Origin: the human T2T-CHM13v2.0 reference genome, Homo sapiens
Assembly: GCF_009914755.1 (NCBI RefSeq)
Contig: NC_060927.1
Strand: one strand, 5' to 3'
DNA: 64,000 nt
Part shown: piece after piece, positions 25,030 to 37,899 of the stretch
Position numbering within the stretch: the first letter of the stretch is position 1
How the letters are laid out: each line of letters begins with the position of its first letter
Made by a program: the position numbers and the translations under genes
The notes under the pieces: generated by a model
The model's input: only the letters and a program-made list of their open reading frames with translations
The model's database searches: none
What the model was told of the DNA's origin: nothing

Positions 25030-25450
25030 AACTAATGTAACTCCTTGTCTAGGATAAAATACCAAACAGGCAGCAGCTGCTGGTAATTTGGTGCAAGTAA
25101 TTGTACAGCCAATAAGTTGAAGAAGTGCTTATTAAAAGAAACTGCTTTCCTATCTGCTTGTAAGTTCAATTGAGTAATGCACTCTACATGTGGTCTGACA
25201 TTGGGTAAATTATACACCTGATTTAAAAACACTCCATCCATAAGAGCTCCTATTTTGCTCATCCATAAAATTTTTACTTTCTTCATTACTACTTGCAGCA
25301 GTGTATGGCATAATATCTATCAAATTAGGCTTTGAGGACATCTCAGGCTGGCACCCTGCTGACTTGAAACATGTGTTTAATATTACTGCAGTGCTTTTAA
25401 CCCCATGAGTGCCCCGGGTTGGCCCACAGAGGCATGCAGAATCTGTTCCG
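25030..25450. promoter_or_regulatory. Candidate enhancer (repeat-free, homeobox-motif-rich block)
   Basis: No recognisable repeat; TAATTG/TAATTT, CAGCTG, CACCTG, TCATCCATAAA and TGACA motifs; function is inference only. Confidence 0.3.
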
Positions 25451-25965
25451 CTGTCTCTGTGCAGACACATTCTCCACCTACTGAGAATGAGAAACATCAA
25501 AGATAAAGGGGTGGGGGTTGGATTAAGGATTACTCACTGGGTAGGAGAAATAAGTAGTTAAAATTTGTAGGAAATAAGATAGACAAAATGAAAACTGTGT
25601 AGTCTACTATTTTGCAATTTTTAAAAATATGAGCCAGATATAAACATTTGAAAGCAAGGCATACTATTTGACCTAATAAACTCTGAAAACAAGACCCAAG
25701 AGGACTTTCTGGATAACTCACATGAAAGCCAACTTTGGCATGTGTCTTATTCACATTTATAAATATGTGGATGACTTTAATTAATTTTAACAAACATTTA
25801 TTGCTTTCTGTCTACTAAGTGCCAGACACTGTGCTTGATGCTGGAGACACAGTGATGAATGTATATGGCCCTTGCCATCTTGCAGCTCAAATCTTGTAAA
25901 GGGGTCAGGATTTCAACAATCAACTCTAATATAGTGAGTAAAGCATAAGTGATCTCAAGGTTCAA

Positions 25966-25995
25966 CATTCATTCATTCATTCATTCATTCATTCA
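25966..25995. repeat. (CATT)n tetranucleotide repeat
   Basis: About 7 cattcatt-type units read directly. Confidence 0.9.
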
Positions 25996-27079
25996 GGGCA
26001 GATGGTATCTGACACAACTACTCTACTTGCTGGATCCCCATGGCAGATATTGCACTATTATAGAGCTAGATAGACCTGTGAATCTCAGCCTGATGCCATT
26101 AAGCATTCAAGTCACGTAATTATTTTCTTCTTTTCTTTTCCATACTAACCTGCCAGTCTTCTGATTATAATTTAGCTTCCCACCTGGAGTGTCTATGGAA
26201 AAAAATGGACTTAATAAAGAATTCTGTGTCTGTTATTATTTTGTGTGTGTGATTAATACTACTTATTTTAAATTAACAGACTGGTATATTGATCATAATT
26301 TAGCTCCGTGTGTATGGATACGCTATGGATAGAGGTCCTTTGACATCTACTTTTTATTGTAAGTGAATATTTTGTCATTCTTATATATTAGTCTTATGAG
26401 ATTGGTTAATGTGAGTTAATGTGACTTTCTTCCTGAAGAGATAGACCCACTCTCACAGTGATGACAAGTTAAGTTCTGGGGCCAGCCAGACTTCAGAAAC
26501 TAGAGTAAAGAATAGAAGCTACTGAAGGATTGGAGAAGGTTTTTAAAAACATATACCTGGAGTGAGAAAGAGAATGAGAGAGATACCAACCTAGATCCTC
26601 AGAAGCGTCAGGATCCACCAGTGAGAAACAGACTCAGGGTCAACCAGCAAGAAACAGAGGAATGCATTCAAGAAGAAGTTGGAGAAAGAAGATAGCAGGA
26701 AACAAAGGAATAAAAGGATCTAGGAAGGAGCTGGTAGTCAGAGATACATGAGCCTGAGAAACAGACCATTGGATAGGGTGGTTCAGAAACCTGTCAAGAG
26801 AGCAGTGTTATAGAGAAGCTGGAAGGGGTGGGGAACCCAATTGCGTAAAGTTTATGGAATAAGTAGCTGGTACAGAAATGGGAGTGCAGAGTGTGGGTAT
26901 TCTTTCTAGAAGTTTGACAGGAGAATTGCACCTTGAAGACTTGCCTTCTGAAAGAGAGAACCTCAATATGTACAAAAGGCAATGCACAGGTGCATAAAGA
27001 GAAGATAAATGATGACACAAACTTCTAGGTAAGACATTCATATGTCTTCATTTTTCATTAATTCCTTTATTCAAGTAGC

Positions 27080-27275
27080 GAGAACATAGTTTAGTGGTCA
27101 GGCACATGGATGCTGCAGCCAAATGGCCTGGATTTGGATCCCAGTTTCACTATTATGACTTTGGGCAAATTGACCTCTGCACTTGCCTCAGAGGGTTGTT
27201 GGAAGAATTAAATAATATGCATAAAGCATCTGGAACTGTACCTGATGTAAACATGTATACATATTTGATAAATAA
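27080..27275 (+). mobile_element. MIR SINE
   Basis: 'tagtggtcaggcacatgg...cctggatttggatcccag...gactttgggcaaatt...agagggttgttggaagaattaaa'. Confidence 0.75.
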
Positions 27276-28005
27276 TAAAGGATTTAGTCTGGACAAGGGT
27301 TAAGAAACATGATACTCTAGGAATCTATGATGAACTTTTTTTTCTATGTTTTATGAACTTCTTACAAGGTGTATTTGAGATCTAAAATTACCGAGAGCCT
27401 GCAGAGAATGAAATTGCTATAGATGTCAGCACAAAATGTCCTAACAATCTTATTCATAGGTATAAGTAGGTAAAATTGTAGAACTCTGTCAAAGAGTTAA
27501 AAGAATTTCCTGATGAAATTGCAGACTAATTTCTATGATGTTTTTGTGGAATTTGCCAGATATTACTCAAAGTTCCTTTCAGAATACCCATACAACCTTT
27601 ATCTTCCTATCTTCTTTGAATTTAACCTGCCCTTTCTACTCTGTCTCCTTTACTGTAGATATTATTTAGAGCTCAGGGAAGTAGGTCCCTAAAATCTTTC
27701 CAAGTTTTCTTCTTATTTTATTCCTTGTATTTTTTCTCGGTTGATATCAGCTCAGAGAGTATTGGGTTAATTTAATAAATGCATCAGATGGCTCTTTCCT
27801 TGGGCATCTCAGCTGATGTGAATTAATTGCTTATTAATTGGTTGAGAATATTCTATGAATAAGAAAAGGTAGTTGAATAATCTACTAAACTCTCCTTTCT
27901 TTCCTTTCCTCTTAGACATATTATTTCAATTCAGGATTATAAGCATTGTTTATGGTGACTAGTGACCCTCTATTTTTATTTTTTAATTTATTTTATTTTT
28001 TTGAG

Positions 28006-28605
28006 CTAAGTGGCTTTTTTATTAGAGAAATCCAGAATTGCAAAGGACTTAAGAGTTGGATTGGGGACCTTCTTCTTGCCAAAGGTGGGCACAACATTGA
28101 CAATGCGCTGGTTGTACTGAATCCACCACTTAACCCTGCCTGTCATCATCTTCTTCTTCTTTTTCTTTTCCTCCTCCTTCTCCTCCTCCACCTTCTTCCT
28201 CTTCTTCTTCTTCCTCTTCCTCCTCCTCCTCCTCTTCTTCTTTTTCTTCCTCTTCTTCTTTTTCTTCCTCTTCTTCCTCTTCCTCTTCTTCTTCCTTCTC
28301 CCCCTCCTCCTCTTCCTCCATTTGGCCACCGTGAGAGTCTGACCTCTCACTTTCCCAGAATGGGCCAGAGAAACATGGACTTTCCCTCTAAGCATGTGGA
28401 TGGCTACTTCCAGGGTAATCAGGGCCTCCACACTGTACTTGCCCAGGGTAGTCTCATCCTCTAGGGGTGTGCTTGCCAGGAGCACAGGTTGATCTTCCCA
28501 GGCAGTGCCCTTCAGTGAGGCTACATGTGCCTTGATTTGGGCAGCTGCCTCCTGGCCAGTCACCTCAAGGGTGTGTAGCTCCTGGGCGCGGACAAAGAGC
28601 TGCAT
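28006..28605 (-). CDS. Uninterrupted 199-codon ORF of the FAU retrocopy (FUBI, expanded Lys/Arg/Glu tract, eS30, read-through tail); expression unproven
   Basis: ORF track; 133 parental codons + 52 net from the expansion + 14 from a 1-bp deletion just before the parental stop = 199. Confidence 0.25.
28144..28320. repeat. (CTT/CCT)n polypyrimidine triplet expansion inside the FAU retrocopy
   Basis: 177 bp of almost pure C/T on + replaces the 21-bp parental CAG GAG (AAG)5. Confidence 0.95.
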
Positions 28606-28984
28606 GAACCATGCTCCCCACTGTTGCTACCACAAAGACAGAGTTGAGAAAGAGGACCCACTATTTTTGAAGCTTAATGTAAGAAAATAGATACATGGGA
28701 AATTATTGGAAGCTTTTACTTTCCACAAAAGCAAGTGATGGTTTTGCTCAGAGCAGCAACACAATGACCTGTTGCTAATCTTGGCTTATTTTTCTCTCTC
28801 CTTGTGAAGGAGAGAGGAAATGCTAGTACATATTATTTAATTTTAAAATGCATATTGAAAAAGAATTCTGATGGCTGCCTTTCAGAGCAAACTAATAGAT
28901 AACTGTTCTCATCACATCTGTATTGAGATTGCCTCTAAGGCTGTGGTAAAAGATGTTGAGTGGGCTCTTCCTAGGGTTCATCTC

Positions 28985-29162
28985 TTTATAAAAAAATTTT
29001 TAAATTTGTTTAAAAAGCTTTTTTTGGGTACATAGTAGGTGTATATATTCATGGGGTACATGAGATATTTTGATACAGGCATGCAATGTGAAATAAGCAT
29101 CTCATGGAGAATGGAGTATCCATCTCCTCAAGCATTTATCCTTTGAGTTACAAACAATCCTC
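28985..29162 (-). mobile_element. L1MA (L1MA2/3-like) 3' terminal fragment
   Basis: 'tttgggtacatagtaggtgtatatattcatggggtacatgagatattttgatacaggcatgcaatgtgaaataagc'; probable TSD ggttc(a/g)tctc at 28975-28984 and 29164-29173. Confidence 0.88.
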
Positions 29163-29374
29163 AGGTTCGTCTCAATGGGTTATTTGAGAACTTGGAGCTG
29201 GGAGTGTTCTGTGGTATTCTTTTGATTGGAAATGGGAGCTGAATGGGCTGTCCAGTGGGCAGAGGGCAGGAAATTGAAAATGGAAAGAGAAAGTTTCAGA
29301 TGGCTGCGAACAATTCTTGAAAATTCTAGGTTTGAAGGTGCTGCCCTGGTGATCCCGAGGATGTGGTTCTCAGG

Positions 29375-29575
29375 CTCATTGTATCCTAGCTCTGTGATTT
29401 GGTCCAAATCACTTAACTTCCCTTCAGCAACCTGTTTAGCCTCCCTGTGCCTCAGTTTCCTCATCTGTAAACTGCAAATGTTGGTGCTCATCTTATGTCC
29501 CTACACTGGGTTATAGTGCGATTTGAATGAAAGAACTTTGTGTACCACGTAGAACAACACAGTTCTCACTATGAT
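29375..29575 (+). mobile_element. MIR SINE
   Basis: 'cctccctgtgcctcagtttcctcatctgtaaa' MIR core. Confidence 0.8.
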
Positions 29576-29818
29576 TAGGATTAATCTTAATATTATTGTA
29601 GGTAGTTAAGTTAGAACAATAGATAAAGAAGTTAAACTTTACCTAAGAGTAGAACTGGCCTTAGTTACCTGACTGAATACATTTCAAAAGTTTTATCACC
29701 CCTTATTTTAAATAAATTGAATAGTACAGAGAGATGGACTGGGAAGAAAGCAGGACCTAGAGGTGACAGAGTCAAACCTTATTGCCTGACCCATGTAGAC
29801 ACTTAAGACATGCAGCTT

Positions 29819-30227
<409 letters not shown>

Positions 30228-30394
30228 CTAAGTTTGATACAAGAAGAATATATTTGTTTTAAAATGAAGAGCATCATTATTTAAAAGAAAATACAACAAC
30301 CAAAATAAACCATAGATAATCAGAGTGCCACAGACAGCTGATGTGGCAGCAGATAATAGGGGAGGAAACCTGGGGAGGGATAGAAAGAGCTCAA

Positions 30395-30600
30395 ATTCAT
30401 TGGGCGCTTATGTTCTAGACACTGTGATAAGTGCTTTCTACACCTGGTTGTATTTAGTCCTCTTGACAAGTCTAAAGGGTAGATGCTGGTAGTATCCCAT
30501 TTTATAGATTAGGAAACTAGGACATAAGAGAGACCAAGTGATTTCCCATCTTAATGCTAGTTGGTGGCCAAGTAAGGATTCAAACCTGGTTGGTATGGCT
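30395..30600 (-). mobile_element. MIR SINE, split by the adjacent L1PA (continues ~31300-31325)
   Basis: 'atcccattttatagattaggaaactagg...aaggattcaaacctgg'. Confidence 0.75.
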
Positions 30601-30618
30601 TTAAAAATCTGTGCATTT

Positions 30619-31300
30619 CATGTATGTTTATTGCAGCACTATTTACAACAGCAAGGGCATGGAGCCAACCCAAATGCCCATCAGTGATAGACTGGATAAA
30701 GAAAATGTGGTACATATACACTATGGAATACTATACAGCCATAAAAAGAATGAGATTATATCCTTTTTAGGGACATTTAAAAATTTGTGCATTTCATGTA
30801 TGTTTATTGCAGCACCATTTACAATAGCAAAGACATGGAGCCAACCCAAATGCCCATCAGTGATACACTGGATAAAGAAAATGTGGTACACATACACTAT
30901 GGAATACTATGCAGGCATAAAAAGAATGAGATTATATCCTTTGTAGGGACATGGAGGAAGCTGGAAGCCATCATCCTCAGTGAACTAACACAGGAACAGA
31001 AAACCAAATACCACATGTTCTCACTTATAAGTGGGAGTTGAGGAACGAGGACACATGGACACTGGAGGGGAACAACACACACCGGGGCCAGTGTGGGGAT
31101 GGGGAGCGAGGGGAAGGAGAGCATTAGGACAAATAGCTAATGCATGTGGGGCTTTAAAACCTAGATGATGGGTTGATAGGTGCAGCAAACCACCATGGCA
31201 CATGTGTACCTGTGTAGCAAACCTACAGGTTCTTTATTTGTATCCCGGAACTTAAAGTAAAATTTAAAAAAAAAATAATAAAAATATTAAAATTAAAAAA
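30619..31300 (+). mobile_element. 5'-truncated L1PA (about L1PA8-type) 3' end with a 176-bp tandem duplication across its 5' junction
   Basis: ORF2 C-terminus 'WIKKMWYTYTMEYY...EQKTKYHMFSLISGS'; 3' UTR 'ggagagcattaggacaaatagctaatgcatgtggggc'; A-rich tail; TSD-like aaaaa(g)tc(tg/tt)tgcattt on both sides. Confidence 0.93.
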
Positions 31301-32050
31301 GTCTTTGCATTTAATACTGAGCTAGATTAATCTCCAAGATCATGTGGACAACTTCCCATCTTGGAAGTAACTATCAGGAACTTCTGCTCTAAGTTTGTTC
31401 AAGCAAGTCCAGAACCAGTTTAAAACAGTCTACTATATTTAACTCACTTATTAATTAACAAACTGTGCCTTGAGCCCCAATACATCTTCATTTCCTCTAT
31501 GCTACATCCTGTATGCCAGGTAAACTTGCTAAGTTATTCAACAATCTGATGCTTCTAGGCTTTCCCCGGCTAGAAGTGTGCCTCTGATCTCTTTCCCTAG
31601 AATTCCAAAAGGACCAAATTTTGCTTGCCTCTTTCGGTGCCTGTGTCATTGTCCCCAACTCAGGGGCAAACTGTAAACTTATACCATTAAGAGACGCCCC
31701 TTTAAGAAGAAGAATGCATGATTATAAATTTAATATGAAATAAACATCAATATTTACTTAAAATATAAATGATAATAGATTACAATTTTTTTAAGCTGAC
31801 AAATATTTCACCACTTTTTATTGTTAAATCTCTCTCAGGATCTTGGAAATGGCCCATGCAAGTGAGAATCCCTGAACTGCAAGTGTTACCACCTTTGTCC
31901 CAGCTCCTTCCTCCTCACAGCTACTGGTCATTATTAAAACACAACCTTGGCCAACTACCCCAGTTCTAAAGGAAAGAGTAGTTATAAAAGGCATTTCTTT
32001 GGCCTCATGCATACGATAAAGTTGGAAATTAATAATTAAAAAATAATCTA

Positions 32051-32505
<455 letters not shown>

Positions 32506-34369
32506 TTAGCAGAGGGTCTTTTAAAGAGAGAGCGTAAAATGCCCCAGAAACCATGTGAGCATTAAAGTTGGATCCCTGTGTGTTAGTAGAGCCAGAGGAA
32601 TTACTATGTAGTGAAGACCATTTCTAGGCATTTCTTTATTTTGTCTTAACTCTACCTGAATTAAGTTCTTCATCTTTCCACTGCCCTTGTGCTCCATGTT
32701 ATCCTATAATCCTCGAGATTATCCTCCCAGTGGCCTCTCAGGAGGTTGAACTTGCCCAGACAATGAGAGAAAGTAGTTCAGATCTCAACAATACACAGGG
32801 GAAATCAAAGTTCTCTTCCATATTCTGTCCATTTTTTAATAGGAAAACATTCAACATTGTTAGAAATGCCTGGGTCAAGTAGGGCCATAGGTTGAAGGCT
32901 CAGAAATTAGACTAAATGAGCTTAGGCTGCTGCCAACAGCAATAATACAATAACACTTAAATTTGGCATAATAGTTTGCTGATACAAGATCTTTTAATAT
33001 GTTATTTTATTAATACCACAGACAACTTTGGGAGGTAGGGATTTTAGTCCAATTTTATTAATAATAATAACATATTTCTTGAGCCCTTACTATGTACTAT
33101 GTGTTGTATTTGGCCCTTTAGCAGGAATATCTCATTCCATCTATATAATATATGATATATTATAATAGCCCCATGAAGTTGGAGTTTTATTCATTAGTGA
33201 CACTAGGAAGTAAAAGCCCAAAAAACAAAGTAACCATCCACAGTCACGAAGCTTAATGGGAGGGACTGGAATCTGCATCCAGGAGGGCATTCTTACCCTC
33301 AATTTGTATTGTCAGTGACCTGTCTCAGGCCGTACCGCTGGTGATAAAGGATGGAGCTATCTCCAAAACTCAAGGTTTTTACATTAAGTCAGCTTAGTGA
33401 AGCCAAAAACAAACAAATCATGTGTAGTGGGAATAGAGGAAAAAACCTGGAGGAAATGGCTTGAATTCTAGCCTCTTGTAGTTGTGTGACCCTGGGTTCT
33501 TTCTAAGTCACACTTTTTCTTTATTTGGAATGGGTATAAGAATTCCTTCTCCAGCTACCCCATCAGGGATTTGCAAAGCTCAAATGCAGTGAAAATCCTT
33601 TGTAAAGTAAACTTCTCATCACAGTTTGAAGTGCTTGTTCTTAAGTGAAAATTTAGTGTTTTAGTATCATTTTAGAATAGCATTAAAGGCATGGGGAATG
33701 TTTGAATTCTTCCTTTATTTATATTGCTAGTCATACTGTATGCTGTCTTACATACTAACCCAAAGATCAGTGAGTAAACTTCACATATGAACGAATAAAA
33801 ATAATCCATTCTACTTGTGACATTCATTTTATAAAAAGAGTACCTCTTCATAGACCTTCTTAAATCACAGTTGTGAAAGTATCATAGAATGCAGGAAATT
33901 AATTATTGGAAGTAGGCACTAAAATGATACAGCATCTAAGAATATCAGATAAAGAGCACAGAAGAGATTTAAAATGCTTTTCATAAAGGCTTTACTTTAT
34001 ATTTAGCTAAATAATATATGGAAAAATTGGCACCTTTCAGCACCAGAGCAATTACTACTACTGTTACTGCAAAAGTTGATGCTTGGCCAACACCTGCAGT
34101 GGAATTGAATTAATGGAATTGATTTGCAGCCTCATTAAAAAAAAATACAAAACAAAACATGAAGTTGTTTTTCGGGAAAAAAATAGATTTGCACTTGGTT
34201 TCTAAAAATGTTTAGGTGACTACAAGTTACCTATTTGTAATTATAATACACTTTCTGCTATTGAGGACACTTTTCTACAATGGGTCAAGGCATTTCACAC
34301 TTGCACAGAACAACACAGTGATAAAAGCAAAGCTGGGGGGCAATTTCTAGATAAACCATTTAATTAGTG

Positions 34370-34560
34370 ACTGCTACATGTCAGCTGTGTGCTACACTTT
34401 ACATATGTTGACTCATTTAATTTCTCAAACAACAAGGTAGATATTACTATTATTTAATGTTTGCATATAGAAAACTGAGGCTTAGAGGGGATAACTTGTC
34501 CAAAGTAGTTACTAAGTATGGACCTGTACTAGAACTCAGAGATGCCCAAAGCCTTGTTTT
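34370..34560 (-). mobile_element. MIR SINE
   Basis: 'ctcatttaat...gaaaactgaggcttagagggg...taacttgtccaaag'. Confidence 0.75.
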
Positions 34561-35022
34561 TCCTCCTCATTATGTCATGAAATAGTGTCATGACTTCCTT
34601 AAGAATGGATGGCACTCTTGGCTCCCTGCCCTTTCACCACTGTGATTTGACTCAGTTTTGCTGTTCAGCAACTTATCTGATTCAGAGTCTCTGATTCTTA
34701 AGGAGAACCCTTGGTTCCTTCTACTAACTTCAACCTTATTTTTGTGGATAGATTGTTAAAAAAAAAACTGGAAAAAATTGAAATAACAAGCAGTTAAAAG
34801 CTATATACTCTCCTTTTTAGAACAGTAGTCATAGGAATTTTTCATATTACCAGCTCCATTGTCCCCAGGGTAATATTGTTACTAAATTTAAAAAGTGAAA
34901 TCATGTACTTCATAATATCTTTATGTTTTATCTGCATTCTATTCATTTAGTTTATTTACAATGGAACCAAACCAAAGTCAATGAGATACAATAATAATTA
35001 TTGTTTATATATGTATGTTTTA

Positions 35023-35334
35023 TTTTTTTATTTTTATTTTTATTGTTTATTTTTTGAGACAGGAGTCTTGCTCTGTCGCCGAGGCTGGAGTGCAGTGGCG
35101 TGATCTCGGCTCACTGCAACCTCTGCCTCCCGGTTCACGCCATTCTCTTGCCTCAGCCTCCCAAGAGCTGGGACTACAGGCGCCCGCCGCCATGCCCAGC
35201 TAACTTTTTATATTTTTAGGGGAGACGGGGTTTCACCGTGTTAGCTAGGATGGTCTCGATCTCCTGACCTCGTGATCCACCTGCCTCAGCCTCCCAAAGT
35301 GCTGGGATTACAGGTGTGAGCCACCCCGCCCGGC
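35023..35334 (-). mobile_element. AluY, full length
   Basis: 'ttcacgccattctc', 'ccgtgttagctaggatggtctcgatctcctgacctcgtgatcc'; TSD atatgtatgtttta at 35009-35022 and 35335-35348. Confidence 0.96.
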
Positions 35335-35869
35335 ATATGTATGTTTTAGATAGACTGATAGAATAAGTATATAGGCTTTAGCTGGGATTAGTGTGAAAAT
35401 TTTATATAGCTAAGTTCAGGGAGCGTTATTTATTGAACCTGACTCTAAAGTCCAAATTTCTACCTGCAAAGCAATTCAGTCTGGAATTGTATGTATAAAT
35501 AGCAGCAATAGCAGTAGCAGCAGCTAACATTTAAGCAGCAATCTGCATATCACACCCAGTGATCAGTGCTTTATTTACTCAATTTCATTCTCATCCTCAC
35601 CTTGTAGATAATTGAACTTAGTGAGTTAAGAACTCTGGCAAAGTCTCACCAAGCCTGATCCATATTCATTTCCAGATCTGGCTGGCTTAGGAGCCTGGAC
35701 CCTTAGCTTCTGCACCATGCTGTCCTCAGGGACCAGCCACCAAATATTGGCATATGAACTACATAGACTTTCTTTGGGTTCTCTCCCACTTGTCTGCTCC
35801 AAATAGCCTCAGAGAAGGTTCTTAAAGAAAAATTTCCCCCTGCTACTATTTTTTTTATTCTTTATTTTT

Positions 35870-36350
35870 ACTAAGAAGCAGTCAAATCTGTTGGGGCTCA
35901 TCATTGCCATCAACTCTGCACCAGGGTTTGGTGTAAAGGTGTGTTACTGAAATGCCACCTGCATGTGTTTAGAATAGTGTCGACCCAGATTGAGCTTCCT
36001 GGGAACACCTGCTAATAGCCTGCAGTGCCAATGGCTTTTTCATTGGGTTGCAAAGGCAGTAACTTGCTGTGAGTTGGGTAATTTTTCCTTCTAACCCTGC
36101 AGAAAAGGGCAGGACATCTGTAGAAAATATACCAATTTCTTTGATACATCCAAAGTACTTGTTCAATCTTACTAAAATTGAATGAGAGAACTGTGTATGC
36201 ATTAATATATTTCTGTATATGACAGACAAAAAATGTTTGATGCTGGCTTCTTCCTGATTGCACAAAATTTGTGATTATTTTATGCTGCCAAATTGGTGAA
36301 ATTAAATGGTTTTATTTTGCAAAACTTTGCAATCACTTGTGCAAAATGGA
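35870..36350. promoter_or_regulatory. Candidate enhancer (repeat-free block)
   Basis: Unique sequence with two CACCTG E-boxes, an inverted CCAATG/CATTGG pair, TGACAG and ATTAAT; inference only. Confidence 0.3.
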
Positions 36351-37009
36351 AAGAAAAAACTTGAAAAACAAACAAAACCCTAGACATATACAAGGGTATC
36401 AAACTATTAGAAAATTTAAAAGCCAACAACTTGAGTTATTTTGATGCCAACCAATGGAATAAAAGTTTTATATGTTTATGTGACTGAATAGTTGTTTTGT
36501 TCTGGCTCCAGATTCAGCTTTTGAAGTCGTAAAGTAAGTGTCTTGCAGATTCATGGAAACTTTTGTTTCCCTGAGCCTTACAGCAGTGTGCTCTGTAGGA
36601 GGACTGGGCACAGAACACCCAAAGTAGGATGTGCCTCAGCAGAGCCAAAGAACTGGTTTCTGCCAGGCTTGGAGAGAGCAGCTGGGTCCTCTAGTGTAGA
36701 CTCTGCAGGAAGGGACCTAGCTAGCAAAGCCGTACACTTGAGTTCTAATTATAGCTGTGCCAATATCTAGTTCTGTGCTCCAGCGAAAATCACTTAATTC
36801 TCTGACTCTCACCCTCACCATCTCTCAAATGAGAGGGTTGCACAGAAGGACGCCTAAGGTCATTCTAACTTGAACAGTCTGAGAACCCTCATTCTCACCA
36901 TTCCTCTGTTGAAGACTTATGTGAAGGTCTGAGGTCTAGTTTGTGAAGGTCTGTGAAGCCTTTGTAAAAGTTTCAACTTAGAAAATAACTAATTTTACAT
37001 GTTGACTGA

Positions 37010-37360
<351 letters not shown>

Positions 37361-37899
37361 TAAAAGGATGCACTATTCTGTTCTCCAGTATCATGTCACA
37401 CCTCGAAAGAAACATGTGACTTTGTGGATGAATTATAGACTTTAAATTGCAAAGGCAGCCACATCAATATATCCATCTAGGCGTATACCATATTATCAAA
37501 TATGTAAAATGGAAGACATTGGATAAAATGCTTATTGCTGTGAATGAGAAACTTAGCTTCTTTGGTTATGGAAAAAAGTAACAAAAGACAGGAATCAGTA
37601 AGGTCTGGCATTGCGGTTTGTTTTGTTTTTCCCTAAATAACTAGACTACCGTTTGACACTAAGACATCTACAGAAGCATTGCATAAGCTTTTTACTTTGA
37701 CTGTAAATTTACATCTTTATACCATTTTCCATATTACACTGAAGTCTTGCCTTCCATATAGCTTCTGAATTGTTGCCTGCCCCTCATGTTTGATATGTAA
37801 ATGCAGTGTTTCTTATGGAAGGACTTTAAATAATATATATACCTCTGCCTGTTTGTATGTTTAGAAATATGGAATTCTGTAATATGTAATATGTAAGTG

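Larger units (their letters stand above)
27978..28654 (-). pseudogene. FAUP2: Processed pseudogene of FAU (ubiquitin-like FUBI / ribosomal protein eS30 fusion)
   Basis: Intronless FAU mRNA copy: 5' pyrimidine leader (tcctctttctc), ATG at 28605, [19 protein letters not shown]...[16 protein letters not shown]...[31 protein letters not shown] at 28018-28023 (minus strand), degenerate poly(A) at 27978-28002, TSD gaccc(t/a)ctattttt at 27964-27977 and 28655-28668. The FAU origin is certain; the pseudogene number is from memory. Confidence 0.97.

Noticed and set aside
27946-28464. 172-aa Leu/Pro-rich ORF on +, and the 63-aa poly-Glu ORF at 28130-28321 on -
   Set aside because: These are antisense and alternative-frame readings of the stop-free triplet tract in the FAU retrocopy; no independent coding evidence
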